Of a DNA stretch of 34,649 nucleotides, positions 24,343 through 34,649 are shown in pieces. The DNA is from Catajapyx aquilonaris (lineage: Eukaryota): contig JYFJ02004111.1 of NCBI GenBank assembly GCA_000934665.2, positions 1-34,649 of the forward strand, read 5' to 3'. Both the position numbers and the translations under genes were made by a program. Position 1 is the stretch's first letter. Each line of letters starts with the position of its first letter. The notes below the pieces were generated by a model. The model was given only the letters and a program-made list of their open reading frames with translations. It searched no databases and was not told where the DNA came from.

Positions 24343-25106
24343 TGCAAAATCATTAAAAATTATAAGACTCTTGGGCTAATGTATAACTCTCGTTAAGATA
24401 TGTACGTTAGGAGGGATATGGCGTTTTGGGAGGCATTTATCCCATTCTAAAGTAGGGGGGTCCTAAATCCAGGATCAAAACCCCAAAATTTGAAACAAAT
24501 TTCTAAACATGTCCTGGCATGTACCCAGTATATATGCACAGTAATAGTATGTACTAATTAGACAGGTGAGGTTGTATCAACCTAAACTTTAGATTGATAC
24601 GACAAAATAAATAAGGACGAAAGTCCTATTTTGTCGGATTACTTATTACTTTGAATCGTACACCGCAATGTCATTCCAACATACTGTATTATCGGAATGT
24701 AGAAATTTAAGCGGCCTATTTACGGTACCGTACAGTAAATGGCAAAGTTTTACAATGAGTGTAATATATTCAACGTTTGACTTACAAACTCCCTGTAATC
24801 TGTAAAAAAGCATGCTCACACACCCTATTTTTCCACCTTTTCTGGTCAACCCCTTGCCTGGTACTGGCATATGAGATGCCTAAGTTGTGATTTGGTCCAG
24901 GCTTTTTTACAATACATAATTCATGTGACGTAGTTCACACTTATGTGTCATCTACGTCACCTGCTCTCAGCTTCCTCCAGCTCGATTTGTTTTTTATGGG
25001 AAACGTTATCACGCGTTATCAGCAACCCACTGACAGACTGTTTCTCCAGTATCGTCGGGATGGAGCATAAGAACTCGATGGGTCTCCTAGACTAATGGCA
25101 ATCTAG

Positions 25107-25272
25107 GATGGGAAAAACGAGATGACTATAGGCCACAATAAATAGACCAGAGACTACGAAATAGACTCTTCAGCATAACCCGTAACTCCTGTTGGAGCTG
25201 CCACAGCGGAATATCAGCTGACAGATCACACTAGATCAGTTCAAGGACAAATATGTGCAGTTGAATTATTAC
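25107..25272 (+). mobile_element. Degenerate 3' end of a CR1/L2-type LINE ORF2
   Basis: Frameshifted pieces TIGHNK, RLRNRLFSI, LPQRNIS and TLDQFKDK follow the CR1 C-terminal pattern TRGH...R...FS.RV...WN.LP......SL..FK..L. Confidence 0.5.
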
Positions 25273-25650
25273 CCAGTGGTGGATTGGTGGGAGTGTCCGC
25301 TCCCATGTCATGAGTGTGTTATTGTATACGCTTTTAGCGCATGGTAATCATAATCAATCTGCATTTGTACGGAGTTTGGATAGGGAATAATCCACTTTGT
25401 TCCCGCCACTTCTGGAGGTGCAAACCCATTGTTGTTTGCAACAATGGCATCTAAGAACTTCCCAGGCAGTGGACCGCATCCTTTTTGTGTGCAGTACACC
25501 TGTCGACAGTTAGTCATAAATTATTACTTATAAATCTCTCCATATTCCAGGATTCATTCATGGTAGTGTCAAGATGAGCTCCAACCAGATAGGCCTAATC
25601 ACTCCAGTACAGCCGGTAAAATAATCTAACCTACTACCTACACTAGCAAA

Positions 25651-25835
25651 ACATCGTTGTGGAGTCAAACCCACGTAACTCGCTTTTCGACCGATTTCGG
25701 GGTTATATTATGAAAATCGGGCATCTGCCATCAATCCCAATAGGAGCGAACATATGGTAAATCTCAATGCAAACGTAGCCTAAGTTTTTTGCTCTCCTGA
25801 ATTCGAGTTACGTGGATTTGACTCCACGGCGACGG
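25651..25835. mobile_element. Small MITE with 31-bp TIRs
   Basis: CATCGTTGTGGAGTCAAACCCACGTAACTCG vs reverse-complemented CGTCGCCGTGGAGTCAAATCCACGTAACTCG; TA on the right flank only. Confidence 0.7.
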
Positions 25836-26900
25836 TATTGACTGTTTTAATTCGAAGCCAACTTCTGCATGTGCGGCTATGATTGGAGTGGGAATTCGCC
25901 TTCCCACCCGCGGACCAATTCGAAAGTGATGGCGCGTAGGTAGGCATAATTATGCGCTTACATATACAGAGATGACCGTTGAATCAACCCTCGTAGCAAA
26001 AACAAAATCCGAAACTTACAGTGGTTGCCAGACCTGGAAATAGGCCAAAAAACGTCAATATTTTGAATTTTTCGGATTTTTGGTCACCCTGACCCACTGC
26101 ACATTTTGGGAGAGAAATCCCCAGCTACTTTGGGTCCTACTAACATGATGTGCATAGTGGTTTCCGAGTAACACGCCGAAAGTTTCTTTTTTGTTGCGCT
26201 GTGTTATTAATCTGTTACCGAAGTTAAATGGTGTGCTAATTGAAAGCGCGTCAAGTGACGGATTCTTTCGGTTTTTGTGCCTTTTCCGCGTAATTCGACC
26301 ACCGCTAAGACGAAATCATACACCATGTCCTGTATGTCAGACACCGCATCTGTCTCGTAGTAGCATATAATTTATGTCCCCATAAGGCGTCATATTTCAA
26401 AATTTCCCGTTTTTCCCTGCATAATTATCTCTTGCTATATATACCCATGTGTAGACCCAAGGCCGGGAAGGGTGTTTAACCAGAAAGATGCAGTAATATA
26501 CAGTATTTATGTGTCTAAGTGTTAACAGTTGCACATTTCATTTGAGTTACGGTAGCCTATATAAATATTAAAAGCATTTGTGACATACACGACAAGAAAG
26601 CCAATGGCGACAGATGTTTCAGGCATGAATGTATTGTATACGTAACCTACTAATTTCAATTTTCAACAGGCAGAAAGAAAAACGGGGTCGAAGAGGAAGC
26701 GGGACGCGAGTAATGTAGGGGCAAGCGTCGGCAGTAGCCCCTGCAGTAGCCCAAGGAGGCGTGCCCAGCAGGAAGCAATCATGTTCTTGTGAGGGACCCT
26801 CTGGTAGAAGACATCAGCAGGCATCAGCAGCGATGCGGAAGATGGGGTCCCAGGGCCAGGGAACTCACGTGCCACCAGCCACGAGGGGGAAGGGGAGGAT

Positions 26901-27855
26901 GCTGGGAACCTTGATTTGTTGCGGTGACAAGGAAAGGACCAAGGAGTCGAATTGCAACGGGGAAAAAACCTTGAACGGAAATCCTTACTGACCTCTGCCG
27001 TAGTTTTTATGACCTCCCTCTTTCTCTGTCCCTCAGGGGGGTCATTGTTTGGCTTTTAGCATTTAGCTGGTTCCAGAGCGGTTCGCTATTCCAACAGTGC
27101 TTCCCGTTGTATAAACACAACATGCCCATACCTGAACAAATAGGACAATACCAAGAAATAGTGGTTGTAAGGGTTGTACTGTTACGTTTCCAGGAAGTGT
27201 TGGAATTACATCGCAATTCCAACAGTACCGTACCATTTGTTCCAGAATACATTCATATGGGATATTCTATTATGGAGCAATACCCGCAAGAAATATTTAT
27301 TTATATAGGTTGTTCACTTAAACTAATTTACGTCCTTTCACGCAATAAAATATTTGTTATAAATCAGCTTTTTATTTTTCACTTTGTCTTCCTTTACTTC
27401 ACGAGAAATGCTATTGTTAGTAATGTCCCTGAGTTGTAAAAATCCACCTTTTGGGATTGTATGGGTCAGTGGCCGCTAATACAAAGCCGATCCTACTGGT
27501 TTTCGGCATTTCTAAAGCCAGAGAAAGTGGACCTTGACGTTGACCCCTGTCATCAGAAACATCCTCTCTCTCTTACTAGAGTGGACTAGTGTGCAACTCG
27601 TGTTCGTGTAGTGCCATGTCAGATGTCACATTTTAGTGCTATATACTGTTGAAGTAGAGTGCCGCTGACTGGAGTGTCGAAGTGTCACCGAGCAATGGGG
27701 AACAAAAAAGGGACCTCTCTTTAGAGCATACAAGTCGAGCAATTCTTTGGGTTGATGGATATACCGTTCATGTCCAAAAGTACTTTCAAGAAAGAGGAGG
27801 CGCGGGTGAAGAGGTAAGTTGCACAAGCATTATTTGCATCACTATCTTGTACGTA
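26901..27855 (+). repeat. Copy 2 of the local duplication, with an extra 394-bp segment (27046-27439)
   Basis: Matches copy 1 on both sides of the extra segment (GGGGGTCAT | AAATCC junction). Confidence 0.92.
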
Positions 27856-27869
27856 CTATATCGCTATAT

Positions 27870-28115
27870 CAATTTGAACTGTTCCAATTTTAGTACAATT
27901 TAGCAAAAATGTGATAAGTTAATTACGAATAGGTGAGAGACTGATGCATGTGACAAAACGTGGAATAATCAAGTGAACATTATTCCAGTATATCAGGTGC
28001 ACAAATGTTCAATTGATTATTCCACGTTTTGTCACATGCATCAGTCTCTCACCTATTCGTAATTAACTTCTCACATTTTTGCTAAATTGTACTAAAATTG
28101 GAACAGTCCAAATTG
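27870..28115. repeat. Near-perfect long inverted repeat (112-bp arms, 22-bp spacer); foldback/MITE-like
   Basis: 27870-27981 is the reverse complement of 28004-28115 with about 3 mismatches; no clear target-site duplication. Confidence 0.95.
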
Positions 28116-28239
28116 GCTCGCTCTCGTGGGATACCTCTACCTCTTTCTAACTTTTGTTCTCCTGGCAGAGTAGGGGTAAAAACGCCATCCGACCACGTCA
28201 GACGGCGAAGTTTGAGCACCTACCAAGGGGTTTCGATTT

Positions 28240-28385
28240 AACAATTCGGCACTCTGATTGGCCAGTTTCAGTTTCAGTTTAACAGATCGGTACCGGATTG
28301 GCTAGTTTGGGTTTCACTTTAACAGATCGGGAGCTGATTGGCAAGTTTGCGTTTCAATTTATAGAACCGTCTTTGATTGGTCAGA
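28240..28385. repeat. 40-bp tandem repeat, about 3.5 copies, each with an inverted CCAAT box
   Basis: ATTGG at 28257, 28297, 28337 and 28376; unit about AACAGATCGG-n4-5-GATTGGCnAGTTTnnGTTTCAnTTT. Confidence 0.85.
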
Positions 28386-28725
28386 TCCTCTGCACCGTAC
28401 ACTATATCTAACCAATCACGAGCCACTTCATCCTCCCCAATTCCCTTCTCCGGCCTTCCCCGCCTTCCCCCACCACCCGTGCTTTCCCCGGCATTTCAAA
28501 TCCCAGCATCGTCGATGAGTGTGCCTGTATTTAAAATAATATCAGTTTTTAAATATCATCATTATATTAAAAGGTATAGTCAAAGTATTCAAAACTTATA
28601 TTAGTCAAATTGAACAAAAATGCATATTAGTAACAAATTAAATAAGTCACATTGCTTCCCACATTTCATATTTTATTTACTGTATAAATTTATATCGTTA
28701 GATCATTTGTGTACGATACCAAAAT

Positions 28726-31560
28726 TTAATAAACATAATTTTTTCCAGTTGTGTCAATAGCCCATTGAAATTTCTCTTGTTGCAACTTGGTATAAATTTT
28801 GTTGATAGGCACGTTGTATTTCTTGGACCTGCAACAATTTTGGACAATTAGAAAATGGATTGTATTCCACAATAATTAAACTGACCATGCTATGCTGATT
28901 CTAGGATCCAAATAATTTAACTTGGAGGTACCCAAAGCAATGCATTTGGTCTCTTTCTTCTCTATAATCTGGTGTTCAATTTTAGTCAACTGGTCGTTGA
29001 TAGTTTGAAACTTCAGTTGTAGTCGTTCTCTGAAAGTGCACATAACAATGTTAAATCATCACCATTTGCAACAAATGCCGGACTTACAAAACATTTGCAG
29101 GCTGTAATTTGTTCAGTTTCTTTTCGACACCCTTCAAACATATAACTTTTTGTCGTTGTTTTATCTGCAACTTGCTCAATCCTTTGGCGTATGTTTGCGG
29201 TACAGCCCTCTGGTGGTTGCATAGTACTGCTACCTCTCGATTCGCCTGGTTGTATGCTTGCACCTTGTTGTGAAAATGAGAGCTGTCATATAATGACATA
29301 ACTATAAGAGATAACAATGTTAACTTACCTTTTCTAATGTACTGAAATTGCTCTTGGTTAGGAGACGCAGCCTTTTCTGGAGTGTAATTGATGCATTGAA
29401 AGTTCTAAACACTTTGGCAGTTAAACCTTCCATTTGCTCATTAAGATACTTATTTAGTGATGTTGTCTGAAAATCAAAATGTATCGAATCAGCATCTATT
29501 TTTCTATAGATTTCTATACAAGTCCTACACTGAGTTTATTGAAGAGGTTTTCCTTCCGTCCTTTATTTTTAGTAAACTTCTGTAAGTTCCTAAAAACATC
29601 TGCATCAACTTGAACTTCATTGTAATACCTGATGGAGTCCTTTCCAGGAAAATCTAGTATCACGATATTGCGTTTGCCTGCAAGAGAACACATTACAGCA
29701 TATTTCATGAGATAAAGTACAACAATTAAAATTTACGAATTGATTCTCACCTTTCCTATTCTTATGCAAAGTGATATGGTTCACACGAAGAGAACAACAT
29801 CCAACAGTGTCAGCTCTATCTTTTCCTTTTTCATTCCCAGCTCGTAGGGCTAGTTTGTCTATTAGGTACAATGCAACACCTCTTTGACGAACACCTTCAT
29901 CACAATGATTCAAGTCTGATGTATATGCTCTTCGTATGCGCCCTATTTTGCTCTTTAACATTCGAGATATGTCATACTTATGCTTATCGCCATTCGTACG
30001 TATTTGTGATGATTGTCCCAACATTATGTATTTTGGTTGTCTCTGCACGTTTTCAGTCCAACAAGCCAGCCAACTGACACTTCGATCATGTCGTACCTTT
30101 CAGAAAATCGGAATATTATGGAATGTTTTCAGGGGGGTTCAAATGGAAGTTTTACCTCTTTCCATTGGTGACCTGGTGGAGGAACAGGCTGTTTATATCT
30201 CTCTCCACAGTTGATTATTACATCTTCTGGCATCACTCTTAGCTTAACATATCCCATTTTTGGATGGTTTCCTCTTCCTCGGAAAAGACCTGGTGGTTCC
30301 ACCTTGAAATTGGCAACTTTTTCACGACGACCGTCTACTAGACAATATCCGTGTTCCTCTTGAATTTTCTCATTTTTCTTTTTAATTTTCTACAGTAAAG
30401 AATACGCGTTGTTGTTAATAATACACGTCTTTGTGAAAATAAAACAATATTATGGCTATACTAGCTGCCGGACCCGGCGTTGCCCGGGAAGAAATGAATG
30501 AAGGGAAAACACCTGCCAGTACCCCCGTCAACTGTCTGTGTTTCTGTGTGTCCGCCCACCAATGCCATCTGTGGTCCTGCTACTCCAACTCCTTGAACCT
30601 CTCCCGCCTGTATAACGGCAACCTTACGGCAACCGTCATTTGCCTGCCACCTGCAGTCAGCCCCCAACACCTCCATCCTCTCCCGGCCTGGGGGTGGAGC
30701 ACAGATGGCAGGCAAATGACGGTTGAGACGGACAGACAGACAGAGAAGCAGACAGACAGACAGACTTACAAACGGCTTGATTTATATAGATTTACCTTCT
30801 TTTCATCTGCACTCATGTTCTTTCGTGCTTCAGCTTGTTGTTTGAAGAAATTGCTGATTTTCGTAAAGTTACATTTGGACAATTGTGTGATAATGGATCT
30901 CTCGTGATCATTCATTATTTGTCGCCAGTGTGCAAAAAAGTTTTTCTTAAACACTGGCTTTGAGGTGCATTTGTCCGTAAGCATTTTGGCATAAAAAGTG
31001 GCGACTTCTTCAGCTTTTACACTGAGTTTCATTGCCTTTCCTGGGCAAATTAAGGAAATTTGAATGTTATAATTTTTTTTTGATAACTTTCTGTCCAGAA
31101 GGTCAGATATACTTACCACCGTAGAAAAAATTAATGCCACTTGGCAATCGTTTGTATGGTGGTGCAAATACAGGGCCCTTGTGCTGCAGAGTTTTCCATT
31201 TGATCGCTCCATATCTGGATGAATTTTTTGAGACACTGCCAATAATAAATTGTACTCTTAGTATGATTTGCATTATTATTGTACATAATGCATGACAAAA
31301 TTTCAAGTGTATAAAATACTAACCTATCATTAGCCTTTCTGGCTACGATCAGTCCATTCAATGACTTCTGCAAAAGTAAAGGAACCTAATAATATATTAA
31401 TGCTCTATTACTGAGATAACAAATAAACAGGTATATACGGTAATTCTGTTTCGTATATTACCGCAGTGATCAATGATGACAGATCCGTCTTATGCCTCTT
31501 CCTCGGTGAACCATCACATTCTTCAAATTTACGCTTTGTTTGGTTAGCAAGTGCCATCAT
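28726..31560 (-). CDS. TOP1: DNA topoisomerase IB, divergent short-N-terminus form, 11 exons, about 598 aa
   Basis: Exons 31560-31462, 31367-31324, 31235-31117, 31040-30796, 30389-30156, 30096-29751, 29677-29529, 29466-29329, 29263-29088, 29029-28886 and 28828-28726 (1797 nt, open, all GT-AG). Motifs [71 protein letters not shown] and [18 protein letters not shown] on the minus strand at 28677-28672. The first two exons are the least certain. Confidence 0.93.
30461..30790 (-). mobile_element. Non-autonomous Helitron (330 bp) in TOP1 intron 4
   Basis: Minus strand begins TC(TATATA), has a (CTGT)n microsatellite near the 5' end, a subterminal hairpin CCCGG-GCAACG-CCGGG and terminal CTAG; inserted between A and T with no TSD. 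Confidence 0.88.
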
Positions 31561-32342
31561 GAAGCGGTGTAAAATTACCCCTTTGAATATTAAAAATATA
31601 ACGTTAAGGCAAACAGCAATAAGGCATAATTTTACCTTTTAATGATTCAAAAAAATGACCTTCAAGAGACAGGAGTGTCTCCAATGTAAGCACTAAAATT
31701 TACAAATAACATATCATAGCAACAACAACAATAAGTAATTACTTAGCGCACCCGTAGCCAAAATTTGGCAAGACCTGATGATTTAGTGCCGTGATCAGAA
31801 GGTGGCAGCACTCCAAGGACCGTTCCTCTTCCGGAGCGTTCCAGAGGCGAAAAAATAAGGCTATTATTATATGGGGAATGGGGAATTGTTGTTGTTCTCT
31901 TGTCCTTACAACATACTGTCATCACTATTCAAAATAGGACACAGATGCTTGTGAAGGATATACTTATGCAATCTGCACTTTATTTTTCTCTAATTACTGT
32001 TGTGCGGAAGAAATGTTATGCAACGTAACACTGTCGACCGGAAAACAAGATATAAAATGTAAACAAAATCCACTCAATTAAAAACTTCTTCATACGCAAA
32101 TATTCTAATGAGCATGTTGCACTTGTAAGATATAGAAAAGCTCACTATCAAAAATAGCCGTAGAGTCGCATAAAGCCTTGGTATTGGCTATAAGTAGTAT
32201 AGCTACTCGTAATTATGTAATAATCATACAAGGGTATAGAACCGAAATTAACCACTTTTCCGGCTATAAAAAATACGTAGTAAGTGCTAATTGTTTGTCA
32301 ACTGATATCTCCCTTCCAGCGGAAGCATTAAAAATAGATAAG

Positions 32343-32378
32343 TATAAACTCTGAGCATAAATATTCATTTAATCAGTC
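32343..32378 (+). promoter_or_regulatory. TATA box plus arthropod-type initiator of Ig gene 1
   Basis: TATAAA at 32343-32348 and TCAGTC at 32373-32378 (canonical spacing), about 120 bp upstream of the ATG. Confidence 0.7.
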
Positions 32379-32493
32379 TTGACCGAAGCAGTGACACATA
32401 GTAGCAGTGAGGCAACTTGCAATAATCTGTACCAGTGAACTGTAATAATTATTTTGTACGGCTACCTAGTCAGAAATTATTACCGAAAAAGGC

Positions 32494-33125
32494 ATGTCGG
32501 GCTGCTTGGTGCTGGCTCTTTTGCTTGCTGCAACAACAATTTCTGGTAGGTGTTCATTAATTTGGTTGTTTTGTAGCACGTAGCGCGCTGATCTAAATGA
32601 ACATTAATTTTGTATTAATTGTATTAATTTTAAAATATTGGGATATGTCATATAGGCCTTGTATATTCCCGTCATGACTCCATCTTATGAGCTGGAATCT
32701 TGAAATAATATTCATATGCGACAGTTTAGCTCAGATCTATCTGACGCAACGTGGAAATATTTTAACTTAACAATATCTTTTCAGCAACTTCCCACGAAAC
32801 TCCTAGCATCTTGTATGTGACCAAAGATGAAATTGCTGTGGAACACAATGACGTGGGCCTGATCTGCGTTATCAAGAATGAAGATCCTCATGCTCTTTAC
32901 TTTAACTGGTTCAAAATAGATCCAACCACTGGAGAACCCGTAGCAATCCCTTTTGGAAAAAATATTACTGGTGAAATTTATTCAAAAACTGGAAGTTATT
33001 TGTATGCATATTCATTTTCCGTCCATGTCCTTTCTATCAAGAATGTACAGAAATCTTGTACTGGAACCTACCGATGTTATGTGGAAGATAGTGTCTTCGC
33101 TGATATTGAACTGACCGTTTTGTAA
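32494..33125 (+). CDS. Secreted single Ig-domain protein 1 (130 aa), Lachesin/IgLON domain-1-like
   Basis: Exon 32494-32545 encodes the signal peptide MSGCLVLALLLAATTIS; a phase-1 intron precedes exon 32785-33125, an Ig domain with VGLIC, WFK, LSIKNVQKSCTGTYRC and IELTV, then a stop. AATAAA at 33191-33196. Confidence 0.85.
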
Positions 33126-33415
33126 TCAAGAATTGAGCAACAATGCACTTTTACCCATAATATGCCTGACTGGATGTGACCTGAAGACCAAATAAATGTA
33201 GAGCTGCCATTAAATCATTCTTACATAATTGTTTTCATGAGGTATTAATAGATACTTTTAAACGGAAGCTCCCAAGGGCAGATAAATAAACTCTTGGAGT
33301 TGTCATTGTCATGGTTAGTAGTGCGACCTTCTGACACGATTGACACAGTCGAAGGCTACCACATAATTATTTTGTAGCATCCAGTGTTGGTGTTTCACAC
33401 TTCCAGGCGTTATCA

Positions 33416-34042
33416 ATGATGTTGTTCTCTTGGCTGATATTGTTGTGTACTGCCACACTAACTGGTAGGTATATGATCATCCTTTCATCCATATCCGTTA
33501 GTACTATAGCCTACCCAAAACTTTATACTATTTGCACGTAACAGTTGAAAATGTTTCCAATGCATTTTAATGGCAATGCTCATTACTCATTGATCCAGAA
33601 AAAAAATACATTCGGATTAATGGTGCCTCAATATTTATTGCATCAATGATTACATAACACACGTTGCTTTTACATACATTTTATTGTACATATAATTTTA
33701 TGTACACTACTTGCAGCCAGTTCGTGCAAATCGCCCACCATACTGTATGCACCTGCAGAGGAAATTGTAATGGAAGGAGAAAGCGTTGGTCTCATCTGCA
33801 TGATACGTCATTATGGTCATAGTGCGTGTCAAGTCCGGTGGTTCAAAGTTGACCCAAAAACATATATCCCAGAGCCACTCGAGTCATACTCGTCATCTTC
33901 GTTTTCGACCACCTATTCTGGATTATTTGTATTATCCATTAAAGCAATAGATATCACAAATGCGCAACTGTCAAGCGCTGGAACGTATAGATGTCAAGCG
34001 GCTGATGGTGTTTTCCAAGATATTGAACTTCGTGTGGTGTAG
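33416..34042 (+). CDS. Secreted single Ig-domain protein 2 (124 aa), tandem paralog of gene 1
   Basis: Exon 33416-33464 encodes the signal peptide MMLFSWLILLCTATLT; a phase-1 intron with the same G|gtaggt donor precedes exon 33717-34042 (PTILY...VGLIC...WFKVDP...AGTYRCQ...DIELRVV-stop). Confidence 0.85.
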
Positions 34043-34649
34043 CTCATTCTGACAAGTGACAACAATATGTCACATTCTACTGTTACCTGTCGTAGGTGTG
34101 ACGTATGGTCAATATGGGCCTAAGAATGCATCTGCATATCATGTAGCATTGCATTTATGTGCATTTTTATAGTATCAGTAAGCCTGTTAAATCTCCTGTC
34201 CTTTTGGGTTTGCAGCAAGAAATAATAAAATAAAAGTCATTTTTGAAAGCTGATGAAGCGTATCACCTACGGACTCACTCAAGTGTGAGAAAAACAAAAA
34301 CAAAGGGCAAACAAAGGGGGTTCCAGGTCCAAATGAGTTTAGAGAAGAACTACAAGAACTAGTTCCATCAATCACAGGTTTGTATTCCCTCTCAATAAGA
34401 CAACCAAACAAATGACACTTCACAATAAACTCTTATACATACCAACCCTGAGAATACACACAATAAGTATACACCAAAAAAAGGACAATTTTAAATCCCA
34501 GTCAGCTAGCCACACTGCCAGGGTTCATGTATCCATTTTACCTCCTCCCACCATCCCACATTATAACTGGTACCAGATAACAACCGTAAAAGAAGGATTG
34601 AAATCATTAGAAGAGGGAATGAAATCATCAAGAGACGATATGACATCCT

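Noticed and set aside
26019..26060. hAT-like terminus CAGTGGTTGCCAGA
   Set aside because: No matching opposite end or TSD found in the window.
30452..30907. 151-aa plus-strand ORF and 84-aa minus-strand ORF
   Set aside because: They span the non-autonomous Helitron and antisense TOP1 exon 4; no Rep/helicase motifs.
23342..34270. Hammerhead ribozyme cores (CTGANGA near 23342, 24040, 27555, 31775 and 34250)
   Set aside because: None is followed by a stem II plus GAAA with closing helices.
34187..34649. Minus-strand ORF pieces at the right edge
   Set aside because: Could be the 3' end of a neighbouring gene, but no consistent splice model or recognisable protein was found.

Overview
Eukaryotic (invertebrate, probably arthropod) genomic DNA with short GT-AG introns; there is no prokaryotic system or CRISPR array. 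From left to right: (1) the 5' end of a serotonin transporter gene (SerT/SLC6A4, minus strand, continuing past base 1); (2) a complete 8-exon synergin-gamma gene (minus, 12597-18261) whose introns hold MITEs and tRNA-derived SINEs; (3) an intact 7SL/SRP RNA gene (minus, about 18595-18899) inside the divergent promoter region; (4) a complete 10-exon GH30 glucosylceramidase (plus, 19530-22335); (5) a repeat-rich 6-kb interval with a local duplication, a CR1-like fragment, a 246-bp near-perfect palindrome and a 40-bp CCAAT repeat; (6) an 11-exon, catalytically intact but divergent type IB topoisomerase lacking most of the usual N-terminal domain (minus, 28726-31560), with a non-autonomous Helitron in intron 4; (7) two tandem 2-exon genes for secreted single-Ig-domain, Lachesin-D1-like proteins. 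The best novelty candidates are the short TOP1 paralog, the secreted single-Ig pair and the unusual SerT 5' leader. Gene models were spliced by hand, and family assignments come from recalled motifs, not database searches.
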